Shown: positions 17,594 to 27,843 of the stretch, one piece after another | Layout: every line of letters begins with the position of its first letter | Position numbering within the stretch: the first letter of the stretch is position 1 | Source: a virus | Taxonomy: Duplodnaviria > Caudoviricetes | IMG/VR virus record: IMGVR_UViG_3300012208_000004 | Location: 556-64,555 of that record | Length of the DNA: 64,000 bases | Direction: 5' to 3' (one strand) | Notes under the pieces: generated by a model | Database searches by the model: none | Told to the model about the DNA's origin: nothing | Seen by the model: the letters and a program-made list of their open reading frames with translations, nothing else | Program-made: the position numbers and the translations under genes

Positions 17594-20500
17594 CATTACC
17601 TCTCACATTTACAATTCAGATAGCTGGTACCACCTACGACACTAAAGAAGGTTCATTTGATTTTAATCCACAAATCGAGCAAAGATCGAAGCTTACATTT
17701 ACGGTATTAGATCCAAATAATGCGTTTAATTTTGTCAAAGGACAGCAAATAACTCTCACTGATTCAGCTTCAACAATTCAGTTCACAGGGACAGTACACA
17801 CTTCTGTCAAGTACCGCGTAGGGGATGGGAATTATCGTCAGCACGATATTGATTGTAACGACTTGCATCAGGTGGCAGACGAACGCTCTACAAATCGGAT
17901 CTATACGGGCCAGTATGCAGGGGTGATTTTCGCAGGAATGACCAATGATGTGTTGTCAGGTGATGGAATCACCGCCAATTATGCAATCAGAGAGGACAAT
18001 ACACAAGCCGAATTTGCGCAAGGTACGCTGGCAGGAACGGTTTCAACCTCCAATCTTGGAGGGGATCTTGAGCTTTCCTTAGCAGGTAACGCTGTCACTA
18101 TCACAGAAAATATCACTTCGGATTTCAGCGCGGGTACCCTCACGAATATGACAGCGGCTAATAATGCAGTTGGCCCGTCTGCTACCAGCGCGATGAAAAT
18201 TCAAGCGACACAAAGCGTAGCCGCTGTTACAAACTCCTACACGTATATGCAGTTCTGGACAGGCTCTATCACCGTTGTTTCAGGCAGATACTTTACCTAT
18301 GACATCTGGATATCTTCAAGTTCTCCAGAGGCAAAAATAGCCGTTGACTTGATCTTTACTGATGGCTCATCTGTTCGTGATAATGCCATTTCTAACAATG
18401 GGCAGTATTTTGATAGTCAAAATAAAGGGCCTCATCCAGGTGTTGATCTCTCGGGTTTAGCAGTTGATCAGTGGTACCATCGTAGTTTTCTTATGGATAC
18501 ATTTGTAGGCAAAACTATTGCCTACGCGATGATTGCGATTGAGGGCGATAAATTTGGAGAATATACAGGATATGTCAAAAACGTAGTGTGGCTTGACTCA
18601 GGCGGTGGCAATCACGGGACATTCTTCTCAGGATCACTGGGCGTTAATCCACCCAAGCCAATGCTTCGACAAGGGTATGGCACAACGTCAGTAACGGTTG
18701 TGGGCACGTATGATTGCAGCACTGCCCAACGTGTATCACCTGCCTACAATATTGATCCAGTAAAGATCATGAAAAGTTCTTTCTTAAATTTCAATACAAC
18801 ACTACCAACTGGATACACTTTTTCTACTTCCTATAGCATTGACGGCGGGAATAGCTATACTTCTTGTGTAAATAATGCTGTACTACTTGGTCTATTAGCA
18901 GGTTTATCTGTCTCTGGAAAGACTATTCAGTTTCTTCAGAGCTTCGATCAAGGCGCGGGCGCTTCACCAGAACAACAACCTACACTTAATTCTGTACAGT
19001 TAATTCTCCAGCCAAGTTACAGCGCTACAAAATCAGATGTGAACGCGGAATTCACAACTAATGGGCAGTGGAACACGTCCGGTACATCATTTACCGGATG
19101 TCAAGCGCCTTCTAACATCTTAGAGCCATTCGGTGCTGTACGAGGGTGGGATGATGGCGTGATCACTAATCAAACGTTGTATGGCGGCGGCGCACTTGGT
19201 CCAAATCAACCAAATTCCTGCTTCCAATACGTTGATTCCAAACAATTCCGAATGGAAGTTCATCAGTCAACCGAGGGCAAGTCTCGGATGGATTTTGCAG
19301 GTACATGGCAAAACTTCCAAATGGAATTTGATGTCAGTGTAGACAATACATTTATGAAGGTTGGATGTTTTTATCTAACAACTGGATTATCACACTATGA
19401 CGGCACGTATGCCTATGCGGTAGAAGTTATTGGTACAAGCATTAAGCTATTTAGAGGTTCAAACAATGCAGGTGCTACTTCTAACTTTGGTCCAACTCAG
19501 GTAGGGCCAACTGCAACTGTTGCTCTTACGTCACAATCAATGCATCGCATTAAAATTGTTAAAAACGGATCAACACATAATATTTACTTTGACGATACAT
19601 TGGCTATTTCAACTACAGACTCAACATATTCGGCGGCTGGCTATGTTGGATTTAGAATAAGCAATACTTCTACAACAGACGGTTATATCGGAACATTCGA
19701 CAATTTTGGAATATCCCCAACCAGTATTGCATCTGGCAATACTTGGACAAGTCAATCTGTAAGCTTGACGGGCGCGTCAACCTATCTCAACAGTATTGTC
19801 CAGTGGCTGGATGTGAGTACTGATCCAAGTCAAGTTGCGAACACAGTTCAAAGTTCAATTAACGGTGGCTCCACTTGGCAGTTGTGTACCAATGGCGGTC
19901 CTATTCCAAACTTGACACAAGGTCAATCACTATCTGGAATTAGCGTTTTATTCCAAGTCAATTTCAGTGCCAATTCCTCAACAGTTTTACCTATGATCCA
20001 ATATTTGACGGCCTATGTGTTGGGCGGGTTTTCAAGCTCCGGCACACGTATCTCGCCCGCGCTATCCCTTGCCAATGCCCTTATTGCTGGCAACACGGTA
20101 ACAAACTGGAGTGCGATAACCCCACCTGGTACAAGCGTAACTGTAGCCACAAGTCCAACGGGTACAGGATCTTGGACTAATGTCAATAATGGATCTGCAA
20201 TCGCCGGAATCACCGGACAACCTTTGCCTTTGCTCGACACATTTGACGCGGATGACCATCTCAACTATGTTCATCTCCAGAGGACAGGTGGGGTTGCGGG
20301 TACTTGGACGTGGGATACTGCCAGCTCAAGAGTTACTGCTAGCGGCGGGACCAATGACATGCAACTCTCAAGTCCCGTGTGGTTCTCGACAGGCTATGGA
20401 TATAAAAAGAAATTGACAATTGACCATACTCAGGTTGTGGGCGGATCTGACTTATCAAGTTTTCCAGTTCTTGTTCACATCATAGATCCAAACTTGGCAA

Positions 20501-22872
20501 ATGTGGCCAATCGTGGGCTTGTCAATAATATCAATGGCTTTGACATTATTTTTGTAAATAGTGCAGAGTCAGGATCACTCTCTTTTGAGATAGAAAGTTA
20601 CGATCCTGTCTTAGGCGAGATTGTGATGTGGGTAAACATCGCAACGGTATCTCACACGGTTGACACTGTATTTTACATGTACTTTGGGAATGCATCAATA
20701 AGCACATCGCAAGAAGCTGTTACAAGCGTATGGGATAGCAATTTCAAGCTTGTCATGCATGCCTATGACAATGCAGCAAGCACACTTGTCAACGATAGCA
20801 CTTCTAATGCAAATGATGGGGCGTCGCAACAAAACACCAATGCTTTAACTGTGAGTGGGCAGATTGGGCGCTCTCTTTCCTATAATGGGACTTCGGATTA
20901 TGTGAATGTGCCCAACGCGGCCTCACTTGATACGGTGACCACACTTACCTATAGTTTCTGGATTAATCCCTCGGCCTTTAACCAAGCGTCGTTTGCTAGT
21001 GCCTTTGGTAGCTATGGAGCTACTATCATCGACCGCAATGAAGACGGAGGAATGAACGGCTATATCATAGGTATAGACACCACAGGTCGGTTATGGTGGT
21101 GGCCTGCGGGATCACAAGACAAGTTTTCAACTGCAACGATACCGCTTAACCAGTGGACCCACGTTGCCGTAACCTATAGCTCGAGCACTGTTATCATGTA
21201 CATCAACGGCGTGCAGGACTCCTCGCAAAGTAGCGTCACACCACAGGCCGTAACGAATCCACTCAGGATAGGTGGGAAAGCTTGGATAACCGGATTCTTT
21301 CAAGGGGATATCGATGAGGTGCATTATTCTAATATTGTTCGCACTCCTGGATGGTTGGGAACTGAGTACAACAATCAATCAAATCCGAATAGCTTCTACT
21401 CTGTAGGACCATTGATAGCCCAACCCATTAACTCCAATAAAGATATCGATCTCATTGTGGACACGGACCAGCTTGATCGCGGCGGTCTTGTTTGGAGACA
21501 ACAGGACGCTTCTAATTTCTATGGACTGGACATTTATGATAGCTCGAGCAACGCTGGTTTAACGAATGTCATTCAGCTTTACAAAGTCGTCGCGAATGTC
21601 AAAACACAGATCGGTTCGAATGTTGCAATCTCATTTATAAGAGGAACGCTTCATAGATTTCATGTGCTGATGGTGGGGACAAGCATAAAAGTGTACATGG
21701 ATGACAATATCAATACCTTGATCAATACGACTGATAGCAGCTTAGCTGGACCAGGAAAAGCAGGGCTCATTGAAGCGTCCGGTACTGCCCATTTCTACAA
21801 CATCCGCATTCAACCGCAAGGGCAAAGTTTGTCAGGAGTCAACGCTTTTACACGAATAACTCTCAATTCAATTGACCCAATATCAACTCCGCAAGTAACA
21901 AATCTGACGCTCGCGGCACTGCATCCAAATATTGGACTAGGCGCATATATTCCAACTGCTGACTACAGACGGACGCTTTTCTCTTCTAATGCAGATGATT
22001 TGAGCAAGAAATCGGACTACTATTGGCAAATTGACCCAAACAAAAAAGCGCTCTTCGGGGCGCGTGTAGCACAACCCGCCCCTTGGATACTTACATCGAA
22101 TGACATTCTTTTTACTGACGATGCAAGCCCTAGCACGCTTTCAGTCGAGAATTCAGGGGATTTATACCGTAACCGGATGATACTCAAAGGGGTGATCAAC
22201 ACCCAACTCGTCCAGGAGAAGCATCCTGGTGACGGAAGTTCTACCTCCTGGTCCCTTGAATTCCCTGTTGCAAGCGGTATCCCAACTATCACGGTCAATA
22301 ACCAACCAAGAACTATTGGGCAAAAGGGCATTGATAGCGGAAAGGACTTCTACTTTGCTTATGGCTCAACATCTCTTGCACAAGACGCATCAGGGACACT
22401 TTTACAGCCATTCGTGGACAGCTTCACAATTGGCTATGTGGGCCAAGGGACTACTGAGGTCGTTCGCAACAATACGGGCGGTTTTCCAGGGACCACCACA
22501 CAGGCGGGGTACGCGGCACTCACCGGAGGCGCGGGCATTGTGGAGGTTGTGGAGGACGTGTCATCTCAAAATCTTACTGTAGCGGCGGCGCAATCTTATG
22601 GGGATGGCTTGCTCCAAAGATTTGGAGTGATAGGCCGAACGTTCCTCTGCATGACCAATCGAACCGGATTATCAGTCGGCCAATACATTCCTGTTTTTGT
22701 CCCTGAACTGGGAATCAATGATGCATCCATGCTCATCACTGCAATGGATTTAAAGCCTGAAATAACCCTTGTAGGAAATCAAGTGTCTATGCTCTACTAT
22801 TGGTCTTTAACACTTTTAGAAGGGCCATCGCTCGGAAGTTGGCAAAAGACACTTTTACAATCATTCAGTTAA
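17590..22872 (+). CDS. Large tail tip/receptor-binding protein with DUF2341-like and LamG-like domains
   Basis: 1760 aa after TMP; YKKKLTID..FPVLV..FEIE..WV..YMYFGN segment and QWTHVAVTY...YING...F.G.IDEV LamG motif. Confidence 0.8.
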   Translation: MTLPLTFTIQIAGTTYDTKEGSFDFNPQIEQRSKLTFTVLDPNNAFNFVKGQQITLTDSASTIQFTGTVHTSVKYRVGDGNYRQHDIDCNDLHQVADERSTNRIYTGQYAGVIFAGMTNDVLSGDGITANYAIREDNTQAEFAQGTLAGTVSTSNLGGDLELSLAGNAVTITENITSDFSAGTLTNMTAANNAVGPSATSAMKIQATQSVAAVTNSYTYMQFWTGSITVVSGRYFTYDIWISSSSPEAKIAVDLIFTDGSSVRDNAISNNGQYFDSQNKGPHPGVDLSGLAVDQWYHRSFLMDTFVGKTIAYAMIAIEGDKFGEYTGYVKNVVWLDSGGGNHGTFFSGSLGVNPPKPMLRQGYGTTSVTVVGTYDCSTAQRVSPAYNIDPVKIMKSSFLNFNTTLPTGYTFSTSYSIDGGNSYTSCVNNAVLLGLLAGLSVSGKTIQFLQSFDQGAGASPEQQPTLNSVQLILQPSYSATKSDVNAEFTTNGQWNTSGTSFTGCQAPSNILEPFGAVRGWDDGVITNQTLYGGGALGPNQPNSCFQYVDSKQFRMEVHQSTEGKSRMDFAGTWQNFQMEFDVSVDNTFMKVGCFYLTTGLSHYDGTYAYAVEVIGTSIKLFRGSNNAGATSNFGPTQVGPTATVALTSQSMHRIKIVKNGSTHNIYFDDTLAISTTDSTYSAAGYVGFRISNTSTTDGYIGTFDNFGISPTSIASGNTWTSQSVSLTGASTYLNSIVQWLDVSTDPSQVANTVQSSINGGSTWQLCTNGGPIPNLTQGQSLSGISVLFQVNFSANSSTVLPMIQYLTAYVLGGFSSSGTRISPALSLANALIAGNTVTNWSAITPPGTSVTVATSPTGTGSWTNVNNGSAIAGITGQPLPLLDTFDADDHLNYVHLQRTGGVAGTWTWDTASSRVTASGGTNDMQLSSPVWFSTGYGYKKKLTIDHTQVVGGSDLSSFPVLVHIIDPNLANVANRGLVNNINGFDIIFVNSAESGSLSFEIESYDPVLGEIVMWVNIATVSHTVDTVFYMYFGNASISTSQEAVTSVWDSNFKLVMHAYDNAASTLVNDSTSNANDGASQQNTNALTVSGQIGRSLSYNGTSDYVNVPNAASLDTVTTLTYSFWINPSAFNQASFASAFGSYGATIIDRNEDGGMNGYIIGIDTTGRLWWWPAGSQDKFSTATIPLNQWTHVAVTYSSSTVIMYINGVQDSSQSSVTPQAVTNPLRIGGKAWITGFFQGDIDEVHYSNIVRTPGWLGTEYNNQSNPNSFYSVGPLIAQPINSNKDIDLIVDTDQLDRGGLVWRQQDASNFYGLDIYDSSSNAGLTNVIQLYKVVANVKTQIGSNVAISFIRGTLHRFHVLMVGTSIKVYMDDNINTLINTTDSSLAGPGKAGLIEASGTAHFYNIRIQPQGQSLSGVNAFTRITLNSIDPISTPQVTNLTLAALHPNIGLGAYIPTADYRRTLFSSNADDLSKKSDYYWQIDPNKKALFGARVAQPAPWILTSNDILFTDDASPSTLSVENSGDLYRNRMILKGVINTQLVQEKHPGDGSSTSWSLEFPVASGIPTITVNNQPRTIGQKGIDSGKDFYFAYGSTSLAQDASGTLLQPFVDSFTIGYVGQGTTEVVRNNTGGFPGTTTQAGYAALTGGAGIVEVVEDVSSQNLTVAAAQSYGDGLLQRFGVIGRTFLCMTNRTGLSVGQYIPVFVPELGINDASMLITAMDLKPEITLVGNQVSMLYYWSLTLLEGPSLGSWQKTLLQSFS

Positions 22873-22905
22873 TTCCCCCTTGCAAGGGGAGAAAGAAGAC
22901 ATTCA

Positions 22906-23781
22906 ATGGCAAATATCATTTTACCTAGTGAGATCGCTGACGATAGGCGGAAATTAGAAGAGTGGAAGGCGAAAACGCTTCGAGCAGGGCGTCATCTTCC
23001 AGAGTACAAATATATCGCGGTCCCAGGATATTGGCGCAACAAAAGGAAGCCCATAACACTTGATGAAGTCATCTATCGTGCTGCTCCACACCAGTGTATC
23101 TGGCAACTTGAGAACTGGGACGCGAACACAGGCGAACTTTACGAGCGTTCATGTCATCACAACGTTATAACAGACAACGGCGGCATATCGATGCTCAAGA
23201 ACCTGTGGAATAGTGCAGGTTCAGCTATTGCCATCATGAGTCACATTGTCGTTTCACCCAATGGATTCGCGGCGAAACTTTCCGTTGCATCAGGTACGTC
23301 TGCTACCACATCACTCTCTGTCCAAGCGCTTGTCAATGGGCTTGCAAATGGTAGCACGATGACATTGGGTTACAACGGCGCTAATCCAACAACGATAACA
23401 CTGAATGCAACAGCTAGTGCAGGAAATACAACCTTGACGGTTGTGAGCTTTACCCCCGCTGTTAACTTCCCAATTGGGACTGACATTTGCGCTATTCCCA
23501 GTGTCACTGACAACCCCTCCTCGGTTTCTGGTACGGTTGACTCCGGGGCATTATCAGCAGGTGCTTTCACCTACAATGCCACAACTGGATTAGGCAATAG
23601 AAATGTAGTAATTGTAGGCACGATAACGGGCACATCGGGCAATGCAGGTACATACACAGAAGCGTACACATCAAATAACGCAACAATCGGTACAGGTACA
23701 ACCGCATCGCATATAGTTATACCTGGATTTGTCTTGAATTCGAGCACAAATGAAACTTTGACGCTTACAGAGAAATCTTAG
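22906..23781 (+). CDS. Putative tail structural protein
   Basis: Thr/Ser/Gly-rich, HNVIT motif, tail module. Confidence 0.55.
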   Translation: MANIILPSEIADDRRKLEEWKAKTLRAGRHLPEYKYIAVPGYWRNKRKPITLDEVIYRAAPHQCIWQLENWDANTGELYERSCHHNVITDNGGISMLKNLWNSAGSAIAIMSHIVVSPNGFAAKLSVASGTSATTSLSVQALVNGLANGSTMTLGYNGANPTTITLNATASAGNTTLTVVSFTPAVNFPIGTDICAIPSVTDNPSSVSGTVDSGALSAGAFTYNATTGLGNRNVVIVGTITGTSGNAGTYTEAYTSNNATIGTGTTASHIVIPGFVLNSSTNETLTLTEKS

Positions 23782-23811
23782 TACTTTAGTACTATACAGG
23801 AGAAATAAAAG

Positions 23812-24096
23812 ATGGCATTTATTCCAATTGATCAAACACATTTGACTGTTTCGCTTCAGAATGATTTACAGCAGTGGAGGACAACCATTGCGTGGGCGAA
23901 ACAGAGGTATCAAGCCTATAACCAGCAGCTCACGCCCGCTGTGATGACAGGCCTCGGGATCACAGCGGCAGACCAGACAGCTATCACCGCTTTTGTAAAC
24001 GACCTTGGGAGGTTTAGCCAACTATCAGGCGGAACTCTTCCGGCTAATGCTACTGACATGATCACAAACATTCAAAATGTGCTTGGAGTGATGTAG
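23812..24096 (+). CDS. Hypothetical protein
   Basis: AGGAG SD, tail module. Confidence 0.55.
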   Translation: MAFIPIDQTHLTVSLQNDLQQWRTTIAWAKQRYQAYNQQLTPAVMTGLGITAADQTAITAFVNDLGRFSQLSGGTLPANATDMITNIQNVLGVM

Positions 24097-24097
24097 C

Positions 24098-26245
24098 TTG
24101 ACTGTTTATTATGGGAGTTCCGTCGCCAATGGTACAATCTCTACCGCCTGTACAATGTCGTCAGCCACAGGCGGTACTGAAACCAGCAAAACAACGACAC
24201 CGACAGGGACAAATGCCTTTAATGAGATCTTGTCACAAGGTGGCACTATCGCAACAGTTACGGCAATCCCTGCAACTCCTAGTAGTAAAGGTTGGGTTAC
24301 ATCGGCTCCTGGGAGTGGTTCGTTTGCAACTGGCAACTGGTCAGCCAGTGTCACATTCACAGGTGACAATACGTCAACACTTACCATACGTTTTTTTCGC
24401 TATTCAAGTGGAACCTATACATCTATCGGGACTATAAACGCTAGTGTTACAAGTAATTCTAAAACAACGTATAGTTTTGCTTCTACATCTATGGCAACAA
24501 TTACATTTGCATCATCTGATTTATTATATGTTGATCTATGGCTAAATGATACCGTTCAAGCTATATTGCCTATCATTTTTGAGTCGAATAGCGCAACAGC
24601 AGGTGTTGCCAGTGACATGCAGGTTACCACATCAACGTTTACCGCTGGTGTGACCAATACATTTACCGCTCCTTCTGAGTCAGTGTCACTTTCAGAAGTA
24701 TTTTCAATCGTCAATCTGTGGTCAGGGAATGAGTCAAGTTCTCTTTCAGAGGTGACAACGTCAATGGTAGGTAAGCCATCAACGATTGACTCTGTATCAG
24801 TACTTGATCTAAGTTCATTGGTAGGAAAAGCGACAATAGCATCTGAGAATGTGAGCTTGGGAGAGTTAACATTGCCATCAGGCTTACCCATGTCTACCGA
24901 TAACGTGTCGGTATCCGAGGTGCTCAATTCAATGCTAGGAGCTTTCCAGAATACCGATAGCGTGAGCTTGATTGACCAAACAAGTTTGTTAGGGATAACT
25001 ACCATAGCATCTGAAAGTGCTCAACCTGGAGAGAATACACCTGCACTTACAGGCAAGCCATCGTCTACTGATAGTGTATCTCTAACAGATCTAAATGCGC
25101 TGTCCGGCGCGACGACGATAGCATCTGAGAATGTGTCGCTGGGGGAAAGTACACCTACATTCATAGGGCAATCGTCGTCCGTTGATAGCGTTTCGGTAAT
25201 CGAACAATACACCTTGCAAGGGGGTAGCACACAAGCTCCGGAGTCTGCAAGTTTGGGCGAGTCAACACTTATCACGGGTAAGCCATCGATTATAGACGCG
25301 ACGGTACAACCAGGAGAAAATGTTACTGCAGTTTTGGGCAGTTTGTCATCCACCGATCTTGCCCAAATCTCAGATCAAACAAACCTGTTAGGAATCACTT
25401 CAGTAGCATCTGAAAATGCCCTTCCATCCGATCAAGCCACCTTGCAAGGGGGAATGCAGAGCATTGATAGCGCGTCTATTTCCGATCTTATAAAACTTGC
25501 GGGCACAACTCAAATAGCATCTGAGAATGTTTTACCAGGAGATACTAATTCTCAGACGGGCCAACCTGCCAATGTTGAGAGCGTTCAAATAAGTGAGAAT
25601 GATTCTCATATTGGACAAGTCAAAAGCTCCGACTCCGTATCGCTAGGAGAGACGGTTTCTTATCTTACTGCTACCGTTTTCATTGCGCCACCTGATAGCG
25701 TGTCGCTATCTGAACAATACGCCGTGTCTGGATCAACACAATCAACAGAGAGCACCCAACTCTCTGACCTATCCACCTTGCAAGGGGGAATGGTGATTGT
25801 AGCCGATCAAGTATCGCTTTCTGAACTTCTCCAGTTAGTCGGCGCGGTTCAATCGCAAGATCTTGCCCAACTCTTCGAACAATCATCCTTGCAAGGAAGA
25901 TTGCAAGCGACTGATAGCGTGTTGCTCTCCGAACTTGTACAGCTTGAAGCGGGTGGAGCGCACATTTTTATTGCACCTCCTGATAGCGTGCTCTTGTCGG
26001 AGTCGGTCTCGCTAGTTGGGTCAACTAAGATCACTGAAAGCGTTCAGCTCGCGGACATCGGTACAGTATCAGTCTTTCCCTCCACAAATATTGTGCTGTA
26101 TGCGCGAGGTGGGAATGTGGAAGTCTTTACCAGGCAAGGCAACACGAACGTGTTCACACGTTCAGGCAATGTTGAAGTAAACACAAGAGAAGGAAATGTA
26201 GAAATATTTACACGTTCAGGCAATATAACACTACATGAGGAGTAA
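24098..26245 (+). CDS. Ser/Thr-rich repetitive tail fibre-like protein
   Basis: Recurrent (D/E)(S/N)VSL(S/G)(E/D) units about every 19-20 aa; five C-terminal (T/A)RxGN repeats. Confidence 0.65.
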   Translation: MTVYYGSSVANGTISTACTMSSATGGTETSKTTTPTGTNAFNEILSQGGTIATVTAIPATPSSKGWVTSAPGSGSFATGNWSASVTFTGDNTSTLTIRFFRYSSGTYTSIGTINASVTSNSKTTYSFASTSMATITFASSDLLYVDLWLNDTVQAILPIIFESNSATAGVASDMQVTTSTFTAGVTNTFTAPSESVSLSEVFSIVNLWSGNESSSLSEVTTSMVGKPSTIDSVSVLDLSSLVGKATIASENVSLGELTLPSGLPMSTDNVSVSEVLNSMLGAFQNTDSVSLIDQTSLLGITTIASESAQPGENTPALTGKPSSTDSVSLTDLNALSGATTIASENVSLGESTPTFIGQSSSVDSVSVIEQYTLQGGSTQAPESASLGESTLITGKPSIIDATVQPGENVTAVLGSLSSTDLAQISDQTNLLGITSVASENALPSDQATLQGGMQSIDSASISDLIKLAGTTQIASENVLPGDTNSQTGQPANVESVQISENDSHIGQVKSSDSVSLGETVSYLTATVFIAPPDSVSLSEQYAVSGSTQSTESTQLSDLSTLQGGMVIVADQVSLSELLQLVGAVQSQDLAQLFEQSSLQGRLQATDSVLLSELVQLEAGGAHIFIAPPDSVLLSESVSLVGSTKITESVQLADIGTVSVFPSTNIVLYARGGNVEVFTRQGNTNVFTRSGNVEVNTREGNVEIFTRSGNITLHEE

Positions 26246-26250
26246 ATAAA

Positions 26251-26607
26251 ATGGCAACAGTGATACCTGTAGACGATTTTAGCCCTATTTTTGTGGGTGA
26301 TACTGGAAATCCTTTTAGTATCTATGTTGCGCATAAAAATGGATTTATGCAGATACTAGGCGCTACTATCACTATGAAATTGTTTAATGCTGTTACCAAT
26401 ACCATAAAGACATGTAACGGCGCTTGGATAATAGACTCTAACAATAACGGAAAAGCTTCTTATGCATTCCAATCTGGAGATGTGGATACGGCGGGCTCGT
26501 GGGAAATTTGGATCACAATAACAAAAAATGGGTTACCAGTGCATGTAGACGACTCTACTGGCAACCCGAAGGTTCTGGTTATCCTACCTTTACCTGCTGG
26601 AGTTTAA
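26251..26607 (+). CDS. BppU N-terminal-like tail/baseplate protein
   Basis: VGDT, G.ASY.F...DVD.AG.W.I motif. Confidence 0.55.
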   Translation: MATVIPVDDFSPIFVGDTGNPFSIYVAHKNGFMQILGATITMKLFNAVTNTIKTCNGAWIIDSNNNGKASYAFQSGDVDTAGSWEIWITITKNGLPVHVDDSTGNPKVLVILPLPAGV

Positions 26608-26620
26608 TGTATGATGAACT

Positions 26621-27343
26621 TTAGAGAAGCCTACCGCTTTCAGCCCATTCATGTACAAGCTTGGCACCTTTTTTTAAATTGCATGAAGGGCACGCTATCA
26701 CAATATTATCAATGGAGTTATTCCCGCATTTTGAAAGAGGTACAATATGATCTGCGTGCCATGATCCTTTGCCCTTCATTAACTTTTTGCGACACCAATA
26801 ACATCTTGACTTTTGACGTTTTAGCTGATCTTGAAGCTGTTGAGCAGTATAAAAACCTCCAACAGCTTTCTTTTGTGACCTCCGTCTATGTTGATGAGCT
26901 TTGTCTACTATCCTACCCTTCTCAGTTTGGAAATATGCTCTATTCCGTTTGTTTACTCTTTCCTTGTTCTGGCTATAGTATTCTTTATCATATTCACTTT
27001 TTTCATTCTTATGTTCTTCTGTATATCCTTTTCTTTGCTTTCTTATTTGTTCTTTTTTTTCTTTTTGCCACTTTTTTTTATACTCAGTTATTTGTTTTTT
27101 GTGATCTTGATAGTATTGACTTCTCTCATTTGCGCGGGCGGCATTGGATATTTTTGCATCTGCTCTTGTGCATACTTTGCATGCTGGCCGAAGCCCATCT
27201 TTCGCTCTGCTCTGCCTGGAAAAATATTCAGTGGTGGCAGGATAGGAATTTGGGCATTGGGAACACTTTTTTAAGATGGGGTTGTTGTCTTGAGGAAAAG
27301 GTGGTAAGGTATTCACGGTACATCTCCTATAAGGTGTATCCAT
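26621..27343 (-). CDS. HNH endonuclease (free-standing, homing-type)
   Basis: N-terminal CxxC..CxxC; CYWC...HADHIVPLSK.G.N...N....C..CN. Confidence 0.9.
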   Translation of the reverse strand: MDTPYRRCTVNTLPPFPQDNNPILKKCSQCPNSYPATTEYFSRQSRAKDGLRPACKVCTRADAKISNAARANERSQYYQDHKKQITEYKKKWQKEKKEQIRKQRKGYTEEHKNEKSEYDKEYYSQNKERVNKRNRAYFQTEKGRIVDKAHQHRRRSQKKAVGGFYTAQQLQDQLKRQKSRCYWCRKKLMKGKGSWHADHIVPLSKCGNNSIDNIVIACPSCNLKKGAKLVHEWAESGRLL

Positions 27344-27510
27344 GCCTCCGGTTGTTTCAGCAACGCGGGGGCAAAACCATGTTTAGGAGCTTATTGTACC
27401 ATACTATCGTGTATTTTGCAACATATCGGATACTATTCACCAAGATATTTTGCCCTTACCATCGGGCGTGTGAGTATTTACAAAAATAGGCTATACTATT
27501 CACCAAGGAG

Positions 27511-27843
27511 GTGAAAGCGATGATAGAGAAAGAATTAATGATTGCTTACAGAGAGTCTCGTATCGATTTCGAGAATGCCAAGAATGTGTTGCAAAAATCT
27601 TGTGATAGTATGAGGCTAACAAAATTGCCTCTTATGCAAGCATTGCTTGACGAATGTTATCCTGATCTTCATTTAAAAATCGAAGATACATCATCATCAG
27701 AGTTTTCAATGGATTGCGTGATTTGTATCCCGATTGAAAATTCAATGAGCAAAAAGAAGGAAATGGCCCTTCATGAGAAGATTTATGAAAAGATAATGGA
27801 AAGTTTAGCCTACATTGAAAATATGGAGGAAAACGAATTATGA
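27511..27843 (+). CDS. Hypothetical protein
   Basis: AAGGAGG SD; TATACT upstream. Confidence 0.55.
   Translation: MKAMIEKELMIAYRESRIDFENAKNVLQKSCDSMRLTKLPLMQALLDECYPDLHLKIEDTSSSEFSMDCVICIPIENSMSKKKEMALHEKIYEKIMESLAYIENMEENEL

Noticed and set aside
17590-26245. Diversity-generating retroelement or tail-fibre shufflon
   Set aside because: No reverse transcriptase, template/variable repeat pair or inverted fibre cassettes found
26611-27489. 292-aa plus-strand ORF (and 26888..27274)
   Set aside because: Antisense shadows of the HNH gene; the Phe/Leu richness mirrors Lys/Glu codons on the other strand
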